DNA of 64,000 nucleotides from Candidatus Heimdallarchaeota archaeon. Its GTDB lineage: Archaea > Asgardarchaeota > Heimdallarchaeia > Heimdallarchaeales > Heimdallarchaeaceae. Shown piece after piece: positions 48,094 to 58,019 of the stretch; the first letter of the stretch is position 1; every line of letters begins with the position of its first letter. The notes beneath the pieces are model-generated. The model made no database searches, was not told the DNA's origin, and saw only the letters and a list, made by a program, of their open reading frames with translations. Location: the NCBI GenBank assembly GCA_030603365.1, contig JAUVXV010000001.1:160001-224000 (forward strand), given 5' to 3'. Position numbers and translations under genes: made by a program.

Positions 48094-48531
48094 TTGGTTA
48101 TTATGTCGTCTTTTGGAATTCACCAAATTGGTGCAGTAAGGATAGAAAAGGAAGCTTGCTATATCGAAATTTATCAGCCTTTTACACAAGGATTACGACA
48201 TATTGAGAAATTCAGTCATGTTTTTGTCTTATGGTGGATTTCAATGCGTGATAATCCTCAGGATAGATCAAAAATGCTGGCTTCTCCTCCAAGATTGGAA
48301 CAATCAGTAGAAACAGGGGTATTTTCTTCACGTAGTCCAACTAGACCTAATCCAATTGGTCTAACCAAAGTTAAGCTTTTGAAAGTGGAAAATAATCGTT
48401 TGTATATTGACAGAATTGATGCTATTGATGGCACACCTATATTAGATATTAAACCCTACCTACCTGGTGATAGTGTTCCTATAAATAAAATTGAATTGCC
48501 TGAGTGGTTTGAACATTTGAAGAATGAGTAA
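48094..48531 (+). CDS. tsaA: tRNA m6t6A37 methyltransferase TrmO/TsaA family
   Basis: FSHVFVLW, GVFSSRSPTRPNPIGLT, DAIDGTPILDIKPY. Confidence 0.9.
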   Translation: MVIMSSFGIHQIGAVRIEKEACYIEIYQPFTQGLRHIEKFSHVFVLWWISMRDNPQDRSKMLASPPRLEQSVETGVFSSRSPTRPNPIGLTKVKLLKVENNRLYIDRIDAIDGTPILDIKPYLPGDSVPINKIELPEWFEHLKNE

Positions 48532-48609
48532 AATGCTTCTTCTTCAATTTTTATTTCTTTCAAATGTTTTTGAGTTTTTATAATGTGCTTTAGATGAACT
48601 TCTGATATT

Positions 48610-49512
48610 ATGGTCAGAAAAACATCTTATTCAAATAAGGCATTTTTCGATGAAAGTAAAGTTATAATCATCACTGGAGCATCCTCAGGAATTGGAAAAG
48701 CACTGTCTTTAGCTTTAGTGAGATATAATCCAAAACTTGTCCTTATTGCTAGAAGAAAAAGACAACTTTTGCAAACAGCAAAACTCCTAGAAAAAGAGAA
48801 TGTTGATGTTCTACCAATAGTTGGAGATGTTAGAAATAGAGAAGATAGAATAAAATTTGTAGATTTCACAATGAAAAAATATGGAAGAATAGATGTTCTC
48901 GTTAATAATGCTGGTTTAGGTAAAGCTAATCTAATCATAGATCAACCTGAAGAGGAAATTGATTTACTGATAGAAACAAATATTCTTTCACTCATAAAGA
49001 TGACAAAACATGTTCTCCCAATAATGCAGCAGCAGGAATCTGGAATAATTATTAACATGTCCTCCTCACTTGCATTGTTGCCTGTTTTTCCATTTGCAGT
49101 CTACTGTGCAACAAAATCTGCTGTCAAAGTATTTAGTGATAGTATTAGGCAAGAACTCAAGAATTATGGTATATCGGTTTCTACTGTCATGCCCGGATCT
49201 TATGAAACAGAATTTAACAAAATTGCGGGTATAGATGAAGAATCCGTTCCAGGGTATGCCGTAGAGAAACTTGCTGTTAAAATAGCAAAACTAGTGGTAA
49301 AACCCAAGAAGAATCTTATACAACCAACATCCTATGTTCCTCTTATTTGGATTACTAAAAGATTCGAATTCCTCAAAAATCTAATTACATTAAAAATCGC
49401 TCAAATGATAAACAAAGCAAGAATAGAATCACAAATAAAAATTGATGAGGAAATAGCAAAAACTGAAAAAGAAGAAATCAAATTATTGGTTCCTGACAAG
49501 CGCAACAATTAA
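48610..49512 (+). CDS. Short-chain dehydrogenase/reductase
   Basis: TGASSGIG, NNAG, YCATK. Confidence 0.92.
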   Translation: MVRKTSYSNKAFFDESKVIIITGASSGIGKALSLALVRYNPKLVLIARRKRQLLQTAKLLEKENVDVLPIVGDVRNREDRIKFVDFTMKKYGRIDVLVNNAGLGKANLIIDQPEEEIDLLIETNILSLIKMTKHVLPIMQQQESGIIINMSSSLALLPVFPFAVYCATKSAVKVFSDSIRQELKNYGISVSTVMPGSYETEFNKIAGIDEESVPGYAVEKLAVKIAKLVVKPKKNLIQPTSYVPLIWITKRFEFLKNLITLKIAQMINKARIESQIKIDEEIAKTEKEEIKLLVPDKRNN

Positions 49513-51374
49513 GCTGCAACGAAATAGGTACCTTCTGATTTCTGCTTCTTATCCAACTGAGAATTCTTTTTGTTTACTCTTGGACGTAGGGTTCTAGGAT
49601 CTTGCCTAAAAGTAATGTCCATTTTCTTCAAGAAGTCGTTCATACCATTTTGGAGTGACCCTATTCTTCGAGCTCTACCTATCTCTCCAGGTTTTCCATC
49701 AAAAACCATCAAACGATCAGAAAAGAAATTAAGCATCATTACATCATGTTCAACAACTAAACAACCCATTCCATAATGAGATACAACACGTTTGATCACC
49801 TTAGCTACATTAACTCTATCTTCCGAGGAAATATATGCTGAAGGTTCATCAAGTAAATATAGGTGTGCTTTCCTTCCTAAACAAGCAGCAATTGAAACTT
49901 TTTGGAGTTCTCCTCCCGATAAATCACATAATCTTGATCCTATCAATTTGGAAAATTTTAGTGGCTCAATAATCTCTGATTTATGCCATCCACTACTTAA
50001 CATTACAGGATTGATTTCTCTCAAATAATCTTCAACTGTTTGTTCAGACTCTGTGTAAAGATATTGAGGTTTGTGACTAACTAGTAGTTTTTCTGATAAT
50101 TCTTCTACTTCCTCTCCAATGTCTGAATCCCCGGATGTTTTTTCTGTTGTACTCATTTGTGCTAGAATCTCTGTTGGTTGAGACAAAGAAGTCGGTTCTA
50201 ATACACCAGCTAGTATTTTAACAAAAGTTGTTTTTCCTATACCATTTGGACCTATGATACCTACAACCTCTCCTTTGTAAAGCTCTCCTCCTTTTACAGC
50301 TAATTCAAAGGTGTCAAATTCTTTGGTCATGTCGCCAAATTTTATTGCTAATCTGCGAGAAGTATGTTTGTCATCGAAGCTGGCTTTTTTGAAGATAATA
50401 GGTTCAGGTCTGAACCGCATATTTTCGGATGGAATATAACCATCAAGGAAGATGTTGATTCCCTCTCTAACAGAATAAGGGTGACTTACTATCCCATATA
50501 CTCCCGCATCCCCATAATACATATGTACATGGTCGCTTAGATAATCGAGAATTGCAAGATCGTGTTCTACAACAATAATTGTTTGATTTGGAGATTTCAT
50601 TTCATTTAGGTAATGTGCTATTTTGACTCTTTCTTGTACATCTAAGTAAGCTGTAGGCTCATCAAAAAGATATACATCAGCCTCTCTAGAAATAGTGGCT
50701 GCGATTGCTAATCTTTGAAGTTCCCCTCCACTCAATTTAGCAATCTCTCTATCCCAAACTTTCGATAAAGAAAAAACATCTTTAATATCGTTTTTTATTC
50801 CTTTCTCATCAATCTTCTCTATTAAATCAGATACATTTCCTTTAGTGACTTGAGGTAATCTATCAACATTTTGTGGTTTTAAAATAGTTTTCAAATCCTC
50901 GTTTGCTAGTTTTTCAAAATAATTCTGGATTTCTGTACCTCTATAATTTTCTATGATTTCATCCCATTCAGGAGGATTATCATACCGTCCTAGATTAGGT
51001 TTAATATTTCCTTGAAGAATGTTTAATGTAGTACTTTTACCTGATCCATTTTGACCTACCAATCCAGTAACTTTTCCTAATTTAGGCATTGGTAGTCTGT
51101 GTAACTTAAATCCATTTATACTATATCTGTGAGTAACTTCTTTATCTAATTCCTCTGGGAGATTCACAACTGTTATACAGTGAAATGGGCATTTTTTGAC
51201 ACATATTGCCACTCCTGAACATAGAGGTTCATGGATTACTGCCTTATTACTTGGAGGATCAAATGTTATTGTTTCCCGTCCTGCTCTAACTGATGGACAT
51301 ACCTTATAACATAACTTTCCACATTTTTCGGGTCTGCATTTTTCCTGATCTATTACAGCAACTCGTGTCATCAA
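49509..51374 (-). CDS. rli: Ribosome recycling ATPase ABCE1/RLI
   Basis: N-terminal Fe-S domain and two NBDs (GQNGSGKST, GPNGIGKTT, LSGGELQ twice), RPRVNK. Confidence 0.96.
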   Translation of the reverse strand: MMTRVAVIDQEKCRPEKCGKLCYKVCPSVRAGRETITFDPPSNKAVIHEPLCSGVAICVKKCPFHCITVVNLPEELDKEVTHRYSINGFKLHRLPMPKLGKVTGLVGQNGSGKSTTLNILQGNIKPNLGRYDNPPEWDEIIENYRGTEIQNYFEKLANEDLKTILKPQNVDRLPQVTKGNVSDLIEKIDEKGIKNDIKDVFSLSKVWDREIAKLSGGELQRLAIAATISREADVYLFDEPTAYLDVQERVKIAHYLNEMKSPNQTIIVVEHDLAILDYLSDHVHMYYGDAGVYGIVSHPYSVREGINIFLDGYIPSENMRFRPEPIIFKKASFDDKHTSRRLAIKFGDMTKEFDTFELAVKGGELYKGEVVGIIGPNGIGKTTFVKILAGVLEPTSLSQPTEILAQMSTTEKTSGDSDIGEEVEELSEKLLVSHKPQYLYTESEQTVEDYLREINPVMLSSGWHKSEIIEPLKFSKLIGSRLCDLSGGELQKVSIAACLGRKAHLYLLDEPSAYISSEDRVNVAKVIKRVVSHYGMGCLVVEHDVMMLNFFSDRLMVFDGKPGEIGRARRIGSLQNGMNDFLKKMDITFRQDPRTLRPRVNKKNSQLDKKQKSEGTYFVAA

Positions 51375-51490
51375 CTATAAGCGGTTTATTTTATTTAAAA
51401 ATCTAGAGATGAGATAGAACATCTACATTAAAAATGCGAATGTATAAATAAGTCGTTGTGAAATAGAATATCGTAAGGAGTTAGTATAGT

Positions 51491-52147
51491 ATGCCTGTTC
51501 CTGATGATGTCTTAGCAAAAGAATATAGTCTTGTTATGGAAAGAGCTTATGCTTTTGAGCCTATAGATGGTGATTTAACAAGATGGAAAGGTTTTGTTCC
51601 CGTAATAACAGCTGATGGGGAAATATTTGTTGAAGCTTTAATGATTATTCCAAGTGATTATCCTTCATCTCCTCCAATAGTTCGTATTCTCAGTCCAATA
51701 ACACATCCAAATCTAACACAGGATAAAGTTCTAGAAATGAGGATGCTTGCACGATGGAGATCTAGTTATCATCTTTTCCAAGTAATAGTTGAAATGATTA
51801 GACTTTTCTCAAAAGTTCCTGCTCGTCTAGTAGATGAGAAACCACAGAGAATTGATCCAGAAGCTCATTTAAATCCTATAAAAGCTCAAGAAGAACAATT
51901 ATCCGTAATTCTTGAACAAAAGAAGAAAACACTTGCAGATATTAGAATTAAAAGGACTTCAGAGATATCAAACAGAGCTTTACAAAGAGAAAAGAAGATA
52001 CATCTTGAAGATGAGATTCTTGGAGTTGAAAATGAGCTTTTTGCAATTGAACAACAGTTTGAAGATTATGAAATTCCAAGTCATGAATTTGCAAAAAAAT
52101 ATTTTAATGTGAAGAAAAGGTTATATCTCTTAGAAGCAAAATCATGA
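51491..52147 (+). CDS. UEV domain + coiled coil + Vps23/Vps37-core-like helical hairpin (ESCRT-I-like)
   Basis: UBC fold (W.G, IPSDYPSSPP, THPNL) lacking the catalytic Cys; C-terminal FEDYEIPSHEFAKKYFNVKKRLY. Confidence 0.75.
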   Translation: MPVPDDVLAKEYSLVMERAYAFEPIDGDLTRWKGFVPVITADGEIFVEALMIIPSDYPSSPPIVRILSPITHPNLTQDKVLEMRMLARWRSSYHLFQVIVEMIRLFSKVPARLVDEKPQRIDPEAHLNPIKAQEEQLSVILEQKKKTLADIRIKRTSEISNRALQREKKIHLEDEILGVENELFAIEQQFEDYEIPSHEFAKKYFNVKKRLYLLEAKS

Positions 52148-52477
52148 TTCTTCCTTTTGCTCTATCTTATCTTCTCCTTTTCCATCGTTTTTCATGAGTT
52201 TTTTAGTAAGAATATACCATACGAATAGCCAGATTACAATTAAGAGAAGACTTAATCCTACTTTAAGAGAAGCAAACAGAAAGTTTAATCCTGCACTTGA
52301 AGAAGAGGGTATCATCATAATTCCCTCGCTTATAATTGCACAAATTCCCATGAATGTTGCAAAGATGAAGGTTTCAAGTCCAATTATTTTGCCGAGTCTT
52401 GGTGTAAGCTGGAAATATTTCAGTATGTTTCCACCAATATTCTTGAAGAATTTAGAAGCTGACTCTAGAAAACTCAT
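52142..52477 (-). CDS. Small membrane protein (2 TM)
   Basis: Two hydrophobic helices; start overlaps the upstream stop (ATGA). Confidence 0.6.
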   Translation of the reverse strand: MSFLESASKFFKNIGGNILKYFQLTPRLGKIIGLETFIFATFMGICAIISEGIMMIPSSSSAGLNFLFASLKVGLSLLLIVIWLFVWYILTKKLMKNDGKGEDKIEQKEES

Positions 52478-53514
52478 AATAACCCCTCCAAAGTTATTCT
52501 TATCAAAACCGCTGTTATTATAGCAAAAATTCCACTGACAAAAGTAAGAATATTGAATGTTTTAACTACTTCTTTTTCATGTAGAGGACCCTTTTGTAGA
52601 ACTAACCCCACAAGTGTGACTGGTGCTTTTAGATTTCCAGTAGATTCAATCTTCCAATCATCGGTCATCTTCGTCGGTCTTGCCATCTCTCTCCTTTCAA
52701 ATAATCCCCTAACACTACTAATTATTCCAAACGCATTCATAATGAAGGGTATCATTGCTATAATTACCACTACTTCTAGTTGCCCCATGACCGCTATCGC
52801 TCCTAATGCTGCTCCTACTGTTAAACTACCAGTATCTCCACCAAATGTTTTCGCTGGATAGCGATTGAAAAACCAGTACGCAATTAGAGCTCCCATCATA
52901 ATCAGAACAAAAACATTAGTTAAATCTAACTGGTCTACTCCATTTTGAAAAATAATCATATTTGCAAAAAATATCATTATAAGAATAAGCATTACAGTTG
53001 TAGCCATCGATCCATTGAAAACATCAAGCATGTTGACAGAATTAGCTGGTACAGAAACGATAAATGGAAGTAAAATAAGATAAACTATGTTTAATCTTGT
53101 ATTACCTACAAAAGGTAGCATGGGTTCTGGTTTATATCTCTTAGATGCAATAATTGGGATGGAAGCAAATAGAAGAAGAAAAGGTTTTAACAATGCACTT
53201 AGGTTAAAAATATCGTCGATTATTCCAATAATACCTGCTACAGTTACTGTAATACAGAATATACCAATGGATAATCGGTTATATGAATCATCAATTAAAA
53301 TAATGATTAGAATTGATGAAATGATTATGGCAATTAATAATATTACTCCTCCCATTTCAGCAACTTTTGGTTTCTCTTTTTTATGCACATCGACACCAAA
53401 TATGCCTTTCTTTAGCATTATACGAATGTGAAAAGGTAATCCTATGAATGTAATAATTAAGGGTGTAAAAAAAGCCAATATGTAAATAACTATAGGTGCA
53501 ATATCAAGAGCCAT
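52474..53514 (-). CDS. UDP-GlcNAc:polyprenyl-phosphate GlcNAc-1-P transferase (AglH/Alg7/MraY family)
   Basis: GVDVHK..VAEMGG, GIIDD, NSVNMLDVFNG, NRYPAKTFGGDTG; multi-TM. Confidence 0.9.
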   Translation of the reverse strand: MALDIAPIVIYILAFFTPLIITFIGLPFHIRIMLKKGIFGVDVHKKEKPKVAEMGGVILLIAIIISSILIIILIDDSYNRLSIGIFCITVTVAGIIGIIDDIFNLSALLKPFLLLFASIPIIASKRYKPEPMLPFVGNTRLNIVYLILLPFIVSVPANSVNMLDVFNGSMATTVMLILIMIFFANMIIFQNGVDQLDLTNVFVLIMMGALIAYWFFNRYPAKTFGGDTGSLTVGAALGAIAVMGQLEVVVIIAMIPFIMNAFGIISSVRGLFERREMARPTKMTDDWKIESTGNLKAPVTLVGLVLQKGPLHEKEVVKTFNILTFVSGIFAIITAVLIRITLEGLL

Positions 53515-53557
53515 TAAACAAATGTTTGTAAGCTCTTTATGAAATTTACCTTTAATA

Positions 53558-54394
53558 CTACAAATCTTCTAGTTTCTTCAAAGCCTTAAGTAATTCTGCT
53601 TTATCACCACTTACAGCCTCACCAAACAATTCAGCAGACTTTTTCTCTTCAGGAGCAGAAGCTTCATCTGGTTCAGTTTTTGCAACAGGAGGTTGGAAAA
53701 CTTCAGTTGATGAAACAGGTTCATCTTGCTTTGGTGGAGCTGGAATAGCACCTGAAACCTCTTTTGATATGGGACTTACATCTCTCTCTCCAGTTTCAGT
53801 AACTTGTGTTGCAGGTTTAGGTATAGCTGCTGGTGCAGGTATTTCTGCAGGAGCTTTAGAAATAGGTTCCACTTCAGGTTCTGTTGCTCTGGTTGCAGGA
53901 GGTGGTGTTGGAGTAGGTATTGAAGGAGCTTCAACTGTAGGTAGTACAGGCTCTGTTACTGGTTCTGGTTTAGGTTCAGGAGTTACAATCTCTGGTGTTG
54001 GTGGTGGTGCAATTGGAGCTTCAGGCATTTCCACGATTTCTGGTTGTGTTTCTTTAACAGCTACATCTTTGAATGCTTGAACATCTGTGGGTTCAACTAC
54101 AGACTCTTGGTGAACACTTCTTGCAGCTTCAATTAAGAGAATTCTTTCATTTAGACTATCTAATCTTTTTTCTAATTTTGTTACCTGCTCAAAAGAATCA
54201 GATGTAGATATTTGAGTTCCAGGTTGAATAGCACCTGTTGCCCCATCTTCTAAATGTTGAATTCTTGCTTTTAGTGATACAACTACTTCATCATAATCTT
54301 TGAATCTTTCTTGCACAGCTGCGACTATGCTTTCAACCATATTTTTAATCATGTTGACAGAATTCACTAGAGATTTTACTTCATCCTTTGTCAT
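53558..54394 (-). CDS. Coiled-coil + Pro-rich disordered protein with C-terminal amphipathic helix
   Basis: N-terminal heptads; a P/E/T/A-rich stretch of about 130 aa; ends GDKAELLKALKKLEDL. Confidence 0.7.
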   Translation of the reverse strand: MTKDEVKSLVNSVNMIKNMVESIVAAVQERFKDYDEVVVSLKARIQHLEDGATGAIQPGTQISTSDSFEQVTKLEKRLDSLNERILLIEAARSVHQESVVEPTDVQAFKDVAVKETQPEIVEMPEAPIAPPPTPEIVTPEPKPEPVTEPVLPTVEAPSIPTPTPPPATRATEPEVEPISKAPAEIPAPAAIPKPATQVTETGERDVSPISKEVSGAIPAPPKQDEPVSSTEVFQPPVAKTEPDEASAPEEKKSAELFGEAVSGDKAELLKALKKLEDL

Positions 54395-54482
54395 CTAAAT
54401 CTAATTGTAATTATATTATTTATACATATAAAATCATTGCTAAAGGCTAGGATTTCGCAATAGCGATTTTATTAAACTGAAC

Positions 54483-56477
54483 TCAATATTCAATTAACTG
54501 AAGACTTTCTAACATTTCAATGAAACTTAGAAGACTCATTGGTGGTAATAATTTCCAATCAATCAATCCCAAATTCAGTAGGATCTCATTTATGTTTCTT
54601 TCATTGTCAATGAGGTTTATTATTTCGAAAGTTAGACCACCGTAATTCTTCATTAAGATTTTTGCTAGCTGTTTGATTTCAGAAATTTTCTCTTCTGTAA
54701 ATTTCGCTGATTCTTTCAAAGATTCTGGGGCATTTAACGCTTGATAAATGATTTTACTATTTAAAGGTCCATCCCATTTCCTAACTGGAACTTTATGTAG
54801 AAGTTCGGAAACTTCTTCATCAATCTCCATTTCGTTAATGGTTTCAACAAAGTTCTGTATTGATTGTTTGAAGTTCTCTAAATCGTTGTTAACAAACTCA
54901 ACTAGTTCAGTATCCAAGTTACTGAATGTTTTTGCAATATTTCTAAATACCTTTTTTTCATAATTTTCGAATGTATTGATTATTTGATTCAATAAGAAAG
55001 AATTCAGCTTTTTATCACTTTCACTTTCTATTTCTTTTAGATGATTTAGTTCAGAAGTAAGCATTTCTAGAAAGAGGCCTTTTCTTTTTTGTAATCCTTT
55101 TATACAAATTCTTTGAACTTCTTTAGAATATTCTGCAGTGAATGAACTTGCTAATACTGTAGCTACTGCTGTACACCCTACCCTTTTCAGAGTTGTGGGG
55201 TCAACTTTTTCTATGGTATCTAGGTTTGTGTGATGGAAAGTATCTGGGTGTCCAAACATTACAGATGGGATTCTTGTTGGTTCATCATTGAATAATAAAT
55301 GATCTGATCCTCCTGCAAATTGTTTGATTCGGAAATTCCAAGGGAATTGCCATCCTCCTTGTTCGATTACAGCATTATTGTCTTTTACTTTATCAATTAT
55401 TTCTGAGATTAAGTCATTAAGGAATGTAGGTGTTGAAATGCTAGCCTTATTCAGTGTAAAAGGATAACCTACTAGTGATGGATGTTCCCCCACCATATCA
55501 AGATTGAGACATAAAATGGGTGTAAATGAGTTTGATTTGACATTTTCTTCTATCCATGGTAATGTACCACTAAACTCAGGAACCCACAAGAATCTTATAG
55601 TTCTTTCTGGTTGTTCGACTATTTTTTTATCTATTAAAGCCTTAATAGTTCTATAAATTTCCAAGAGTAATGCACTTCCAGATGCATTGTCGTTGGCTGA
55701 AGGTGCAGGATGACATATATGAGCAATAACGATTATCTCTTCTTCTGGTTTTTTACATCCTTCAATCTTAGTAGACAGAACATGCATTTTCCCTTTATAG
55801 AGATTAGCTGCTATTTCTGCTTTTACAATTACCTTTCTGCCTGTTTCAATATGATTTATGATTTCTAATGCTTGTTTCCTAGATAAGGAAAAACCAAAGG
55901 TTGACTTGTCAACATTATCTGCATTAGGCCACAATCCCACATACTGAATCATTTCTAAATACCCTTTAGCTCTCTGTTCTGAAGGATATGCTATAATCCC
56001 AATAGCTCCATTTTCGTGTAATCTTTCAATCATTGTTCTTGGACTAGCTGAAGATAAAACAATTTTTCCCTTTACATCGGTTTTTTCAAAATCTTCTCTT
56101 TTTCCTTCATTAATATGTACTACTTCAGCGGTAACCTCTGTAGATTTTGAATGAGTACAGATGCTTTCAGGTACTTCTGTAAACCGACACAAGTTTTTGA
56201 TTTCTGGTTCAACCATCTTCAAAGAGCCACTTTCTATATCCCATGAAATAGGTGAATTCCAACTATAGTATCTTTTGGTACCATCTGCTATATACTCGTG
56301 GATTTGGTATTTATCATCTCCAATGATTTTTAGTTCATCTTTAAGCAGCTCAACCACGGTAAGAAATTCTTTACTTGCTTGGATCCGATGATATTGAGAT
56401 AACCTTCCTGTTAATTTTTTAGTTCTCTCACCAGAAAGTTCTCTAGCTAAAATATCAACTAATTCTTGTAAGTGCAT
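54483..56477 (-). CDS. M28-family metallopeptidase (DUF4910-like, with PA domain)
   Basis: AHICHP..ANDNASG, WVPE, NLDMVG, GGSDH, HHTNLDT. Confidence 0.85.
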   Translation of the reverse strand: MHLQELVDILARELSGERTKKLTGRLSQYHRIQASKEFLTVVELLKDELKIIGDDKYQIHEYIADGTKRYYSWNSPISWDIESGSLKMVEPEIKNLCRFTEVPESICTHSKSTEVTAEVVHINEGKREDFEKTDVKGKIVLSSASPRTMIERLHENGAIGIIAYPSEQRAKGYLEMIQYVGLWPNADNVDKSTFGFSLSRKQALEIINHIETGRKVIVKAEIAANLYKGKMHVLSTKIEGCKKPEEEIIVIAHICHPAPSANDNASGSALLLEIYRTIKALIDKKIVEQPERTIRFLWVPEFSGTLPWIEENVKSNSFTPILCLNLDMVGEHPSLVGYPFTLNKASISTPTFLNDLISEIIDKVKDNNAVIEQGGWQFPWNFRIKQFAGGSDHLLFNDEPTRIPSVMFGHPDTFHHTNLDTIEKVDPTTLKRVGCTAVATVLASSFTAEYSKEVQRICIKGLQKRKGLFLEMLTSELNHLKEIESESDKKLNSFLLNQIINTFENYEKKVFRNIAKTFSNLDTELVEFVNNDLENFKQSIQNFVETINEMEIDEEVSELLHKVPVRKWDGPLNSKIIYQALNAPESLKESAKFTEEKISEIKQLAKILMKNYGGLTFEIINLIDNERNINEILLNLGLIDWKLLPPMSLLSFIEMLESLQLIEY

Positions 56478-56529
56478 AATGTTAAATCTATATGTCTCGT
56501 TAAATCTTTTTTGGAAAAAATCTCTATTC

Positions 56530-57378
56530 TCATTTCTGACATCTATTGCAGTAAAACGTACTTCTCTTATCTTGTATAATACGAAAGATTTCTAAACCAC
56601 ATTTCTCACATTTTTTTCCTGCCTTACCATACACTTTGTGCCATTTTTGAGCTGAACCTTCTTCACCATAAGGGTTTCTATAAGTCCGGATTGAGCTCCC
56701 CATGCTCTTTACAGCTTTTTGTAGAGTTTCCGAAATAGCAGATCCCAGTTTCTTTATTTCCTGAGATTTAAGATTTTTAACAATTTTTAGGGGACTAATT
56801 TTAGCAAGAAAAAGTGATTCTGATTTGTAAATATTCCCTATTCCAGCAACCAATGTTTGATCCAAGAGGACCCTACCAATTTCCTTATTGGAATATTTTT
56901 TCTGTTTTAATTTCTCTTCAAAGTTTTCTAATGGAAATGGTAACATTAGACCATCCAAACCTAATTTTTTAATGGGATAATATTTCATGACTGATTCATA
57001 GTTTTCGAATTTTCTGAACTGTCCAAAATTCCTAGTATCATCGAATATCGTAATCTTATGTGATTCATCAAAATTAACTATGATTTTCGGATGCTTTGTT
57101 TTATCTTTGTAGTCGTTTTTATTTGATATTATCCATTTACCAGACATTCCTAAGTGATTTAGAATAACACTTTGGATGTTGAAAATCCAAATGAGAAATT
57201 TACCATGTCTTTCTATTTTATTCAAAATGCTTCCAGAAAATTCAGTAAATATATCCTGTTTTCCTTTGTATTTGTTATATTTTTGTGAAAGTTCTGTTAT
57301 TTTTATTGATTTGATTTTTTTTCCTTCAAACTCTTTCAAGGTTATTAGAGTATATTCTACCTCAGGACCTTCTGGCAT
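56530..57378 (-). CDS. mutM: Fpg/Nei DNA glycosylase/AP lyase
   Basis: N-terminal PEGPEV, RHGKFL, HLGMSG, DTRNFG, H2TH LLDQ..AGIGNIY, CxxC..CxxC zinc finger. Confidence 0.92.
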   Translation of the reverse strand: MPEGPEVEYTLITLKEFEGKKIKSIKITELSQKYNKYKGKQDIFTEFSGSILNKIERHGKFLIWIFNIQSVILNHLGMSGKWIISNKNDYKDKTKHPKIIVNFDESHKITIFDDTRNFGQFRKFENYESVMKYYPIKKLGLDGLMLPFPLENFEEKLKQKKYSNKEIGRVLLDQTLVAGIGNIYKSESLFLAKISPLKIVKNLKSQEIKKLGSAISETLQKAVKSMGSSIRTYRNPYGEEGSAQKWHKVYGKAGKKCEKCGLEIFRIIQDKRSTFYCNRCQK

Positions 57379-57902
57379 TATTGTAACATCTCCATGATTT
57401 TCTTTTCAAGAACAAGTCTGTTTTCCCTAGTTAGATGAAACAAAACTGTATCTGATCTTTCTTTAATTCTTTTTGTATATTGGTTATCGTTTAACATTAT
57501 TGACCCTAGAACCTCTTTGGTATCTAAACAATTTTCTAAAAATCTCTTAAAAGGACCGGAAAAAAGTTCCATTCTTCCTATTTCATCAATAATTACAATG
57601 TCATAATCAGAATTTTGCATTTCTAATTCTAATTGATTTATTATTTTATCTATATTTTCAACATAAACCCCATAACTAGAAACTCTGTATTTGCTTGAAT
57701 GATTTAGTTTCGATGCTAAAGGATATTCTAAACCTGACAAAGTCATTATGTTAAAACCAATCCTTTTCCCTTTTTCTCTGATTTCATTAGTTATTAAACC
57801 AACTGCTGATTTATTGAGATTAACAATTAGATTATTAATTAGCGTGGTTTTTCCGACTCTGGGAAATCCAGTTATCAGGATTTTTTGCATTTTATTTACC
57901 AT
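57378..57902 (-). CDS. Nucleoside triphosphatase (NTPase_1/THEP1 family)
   Basis: ITGFPRVGKTT, EIREKGKRIGF, IIDEIGRME. Confidence 0.9.
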   Translation of the reverse strand: MVNKMQKILITGFPRVGKTTLINNLIVNLNKSAVGLITNEIREKGKRIGFNIMTLSGLEYPLASKLNHSSKYRVSSYGVYVENIDKIINQLELEMQNSDYDIVIIDEIGRMELFSGPFKRFLENCLDTKEVLGSIMLNDNQYTKRIKERSDTVLFHLTRENRLVLEKKIMEMLQ

Positions 57903-58019
57903 TTTTAGTTATTTGAACTACTATTATTATTGTTCTCTATCTTGAAAAATCTTATAAATCTGGCTTTTAATGTTCTCAAAAATTAGCGATGTTACTTTGA
58001 TACTCGAGTGTGAGAAAAT

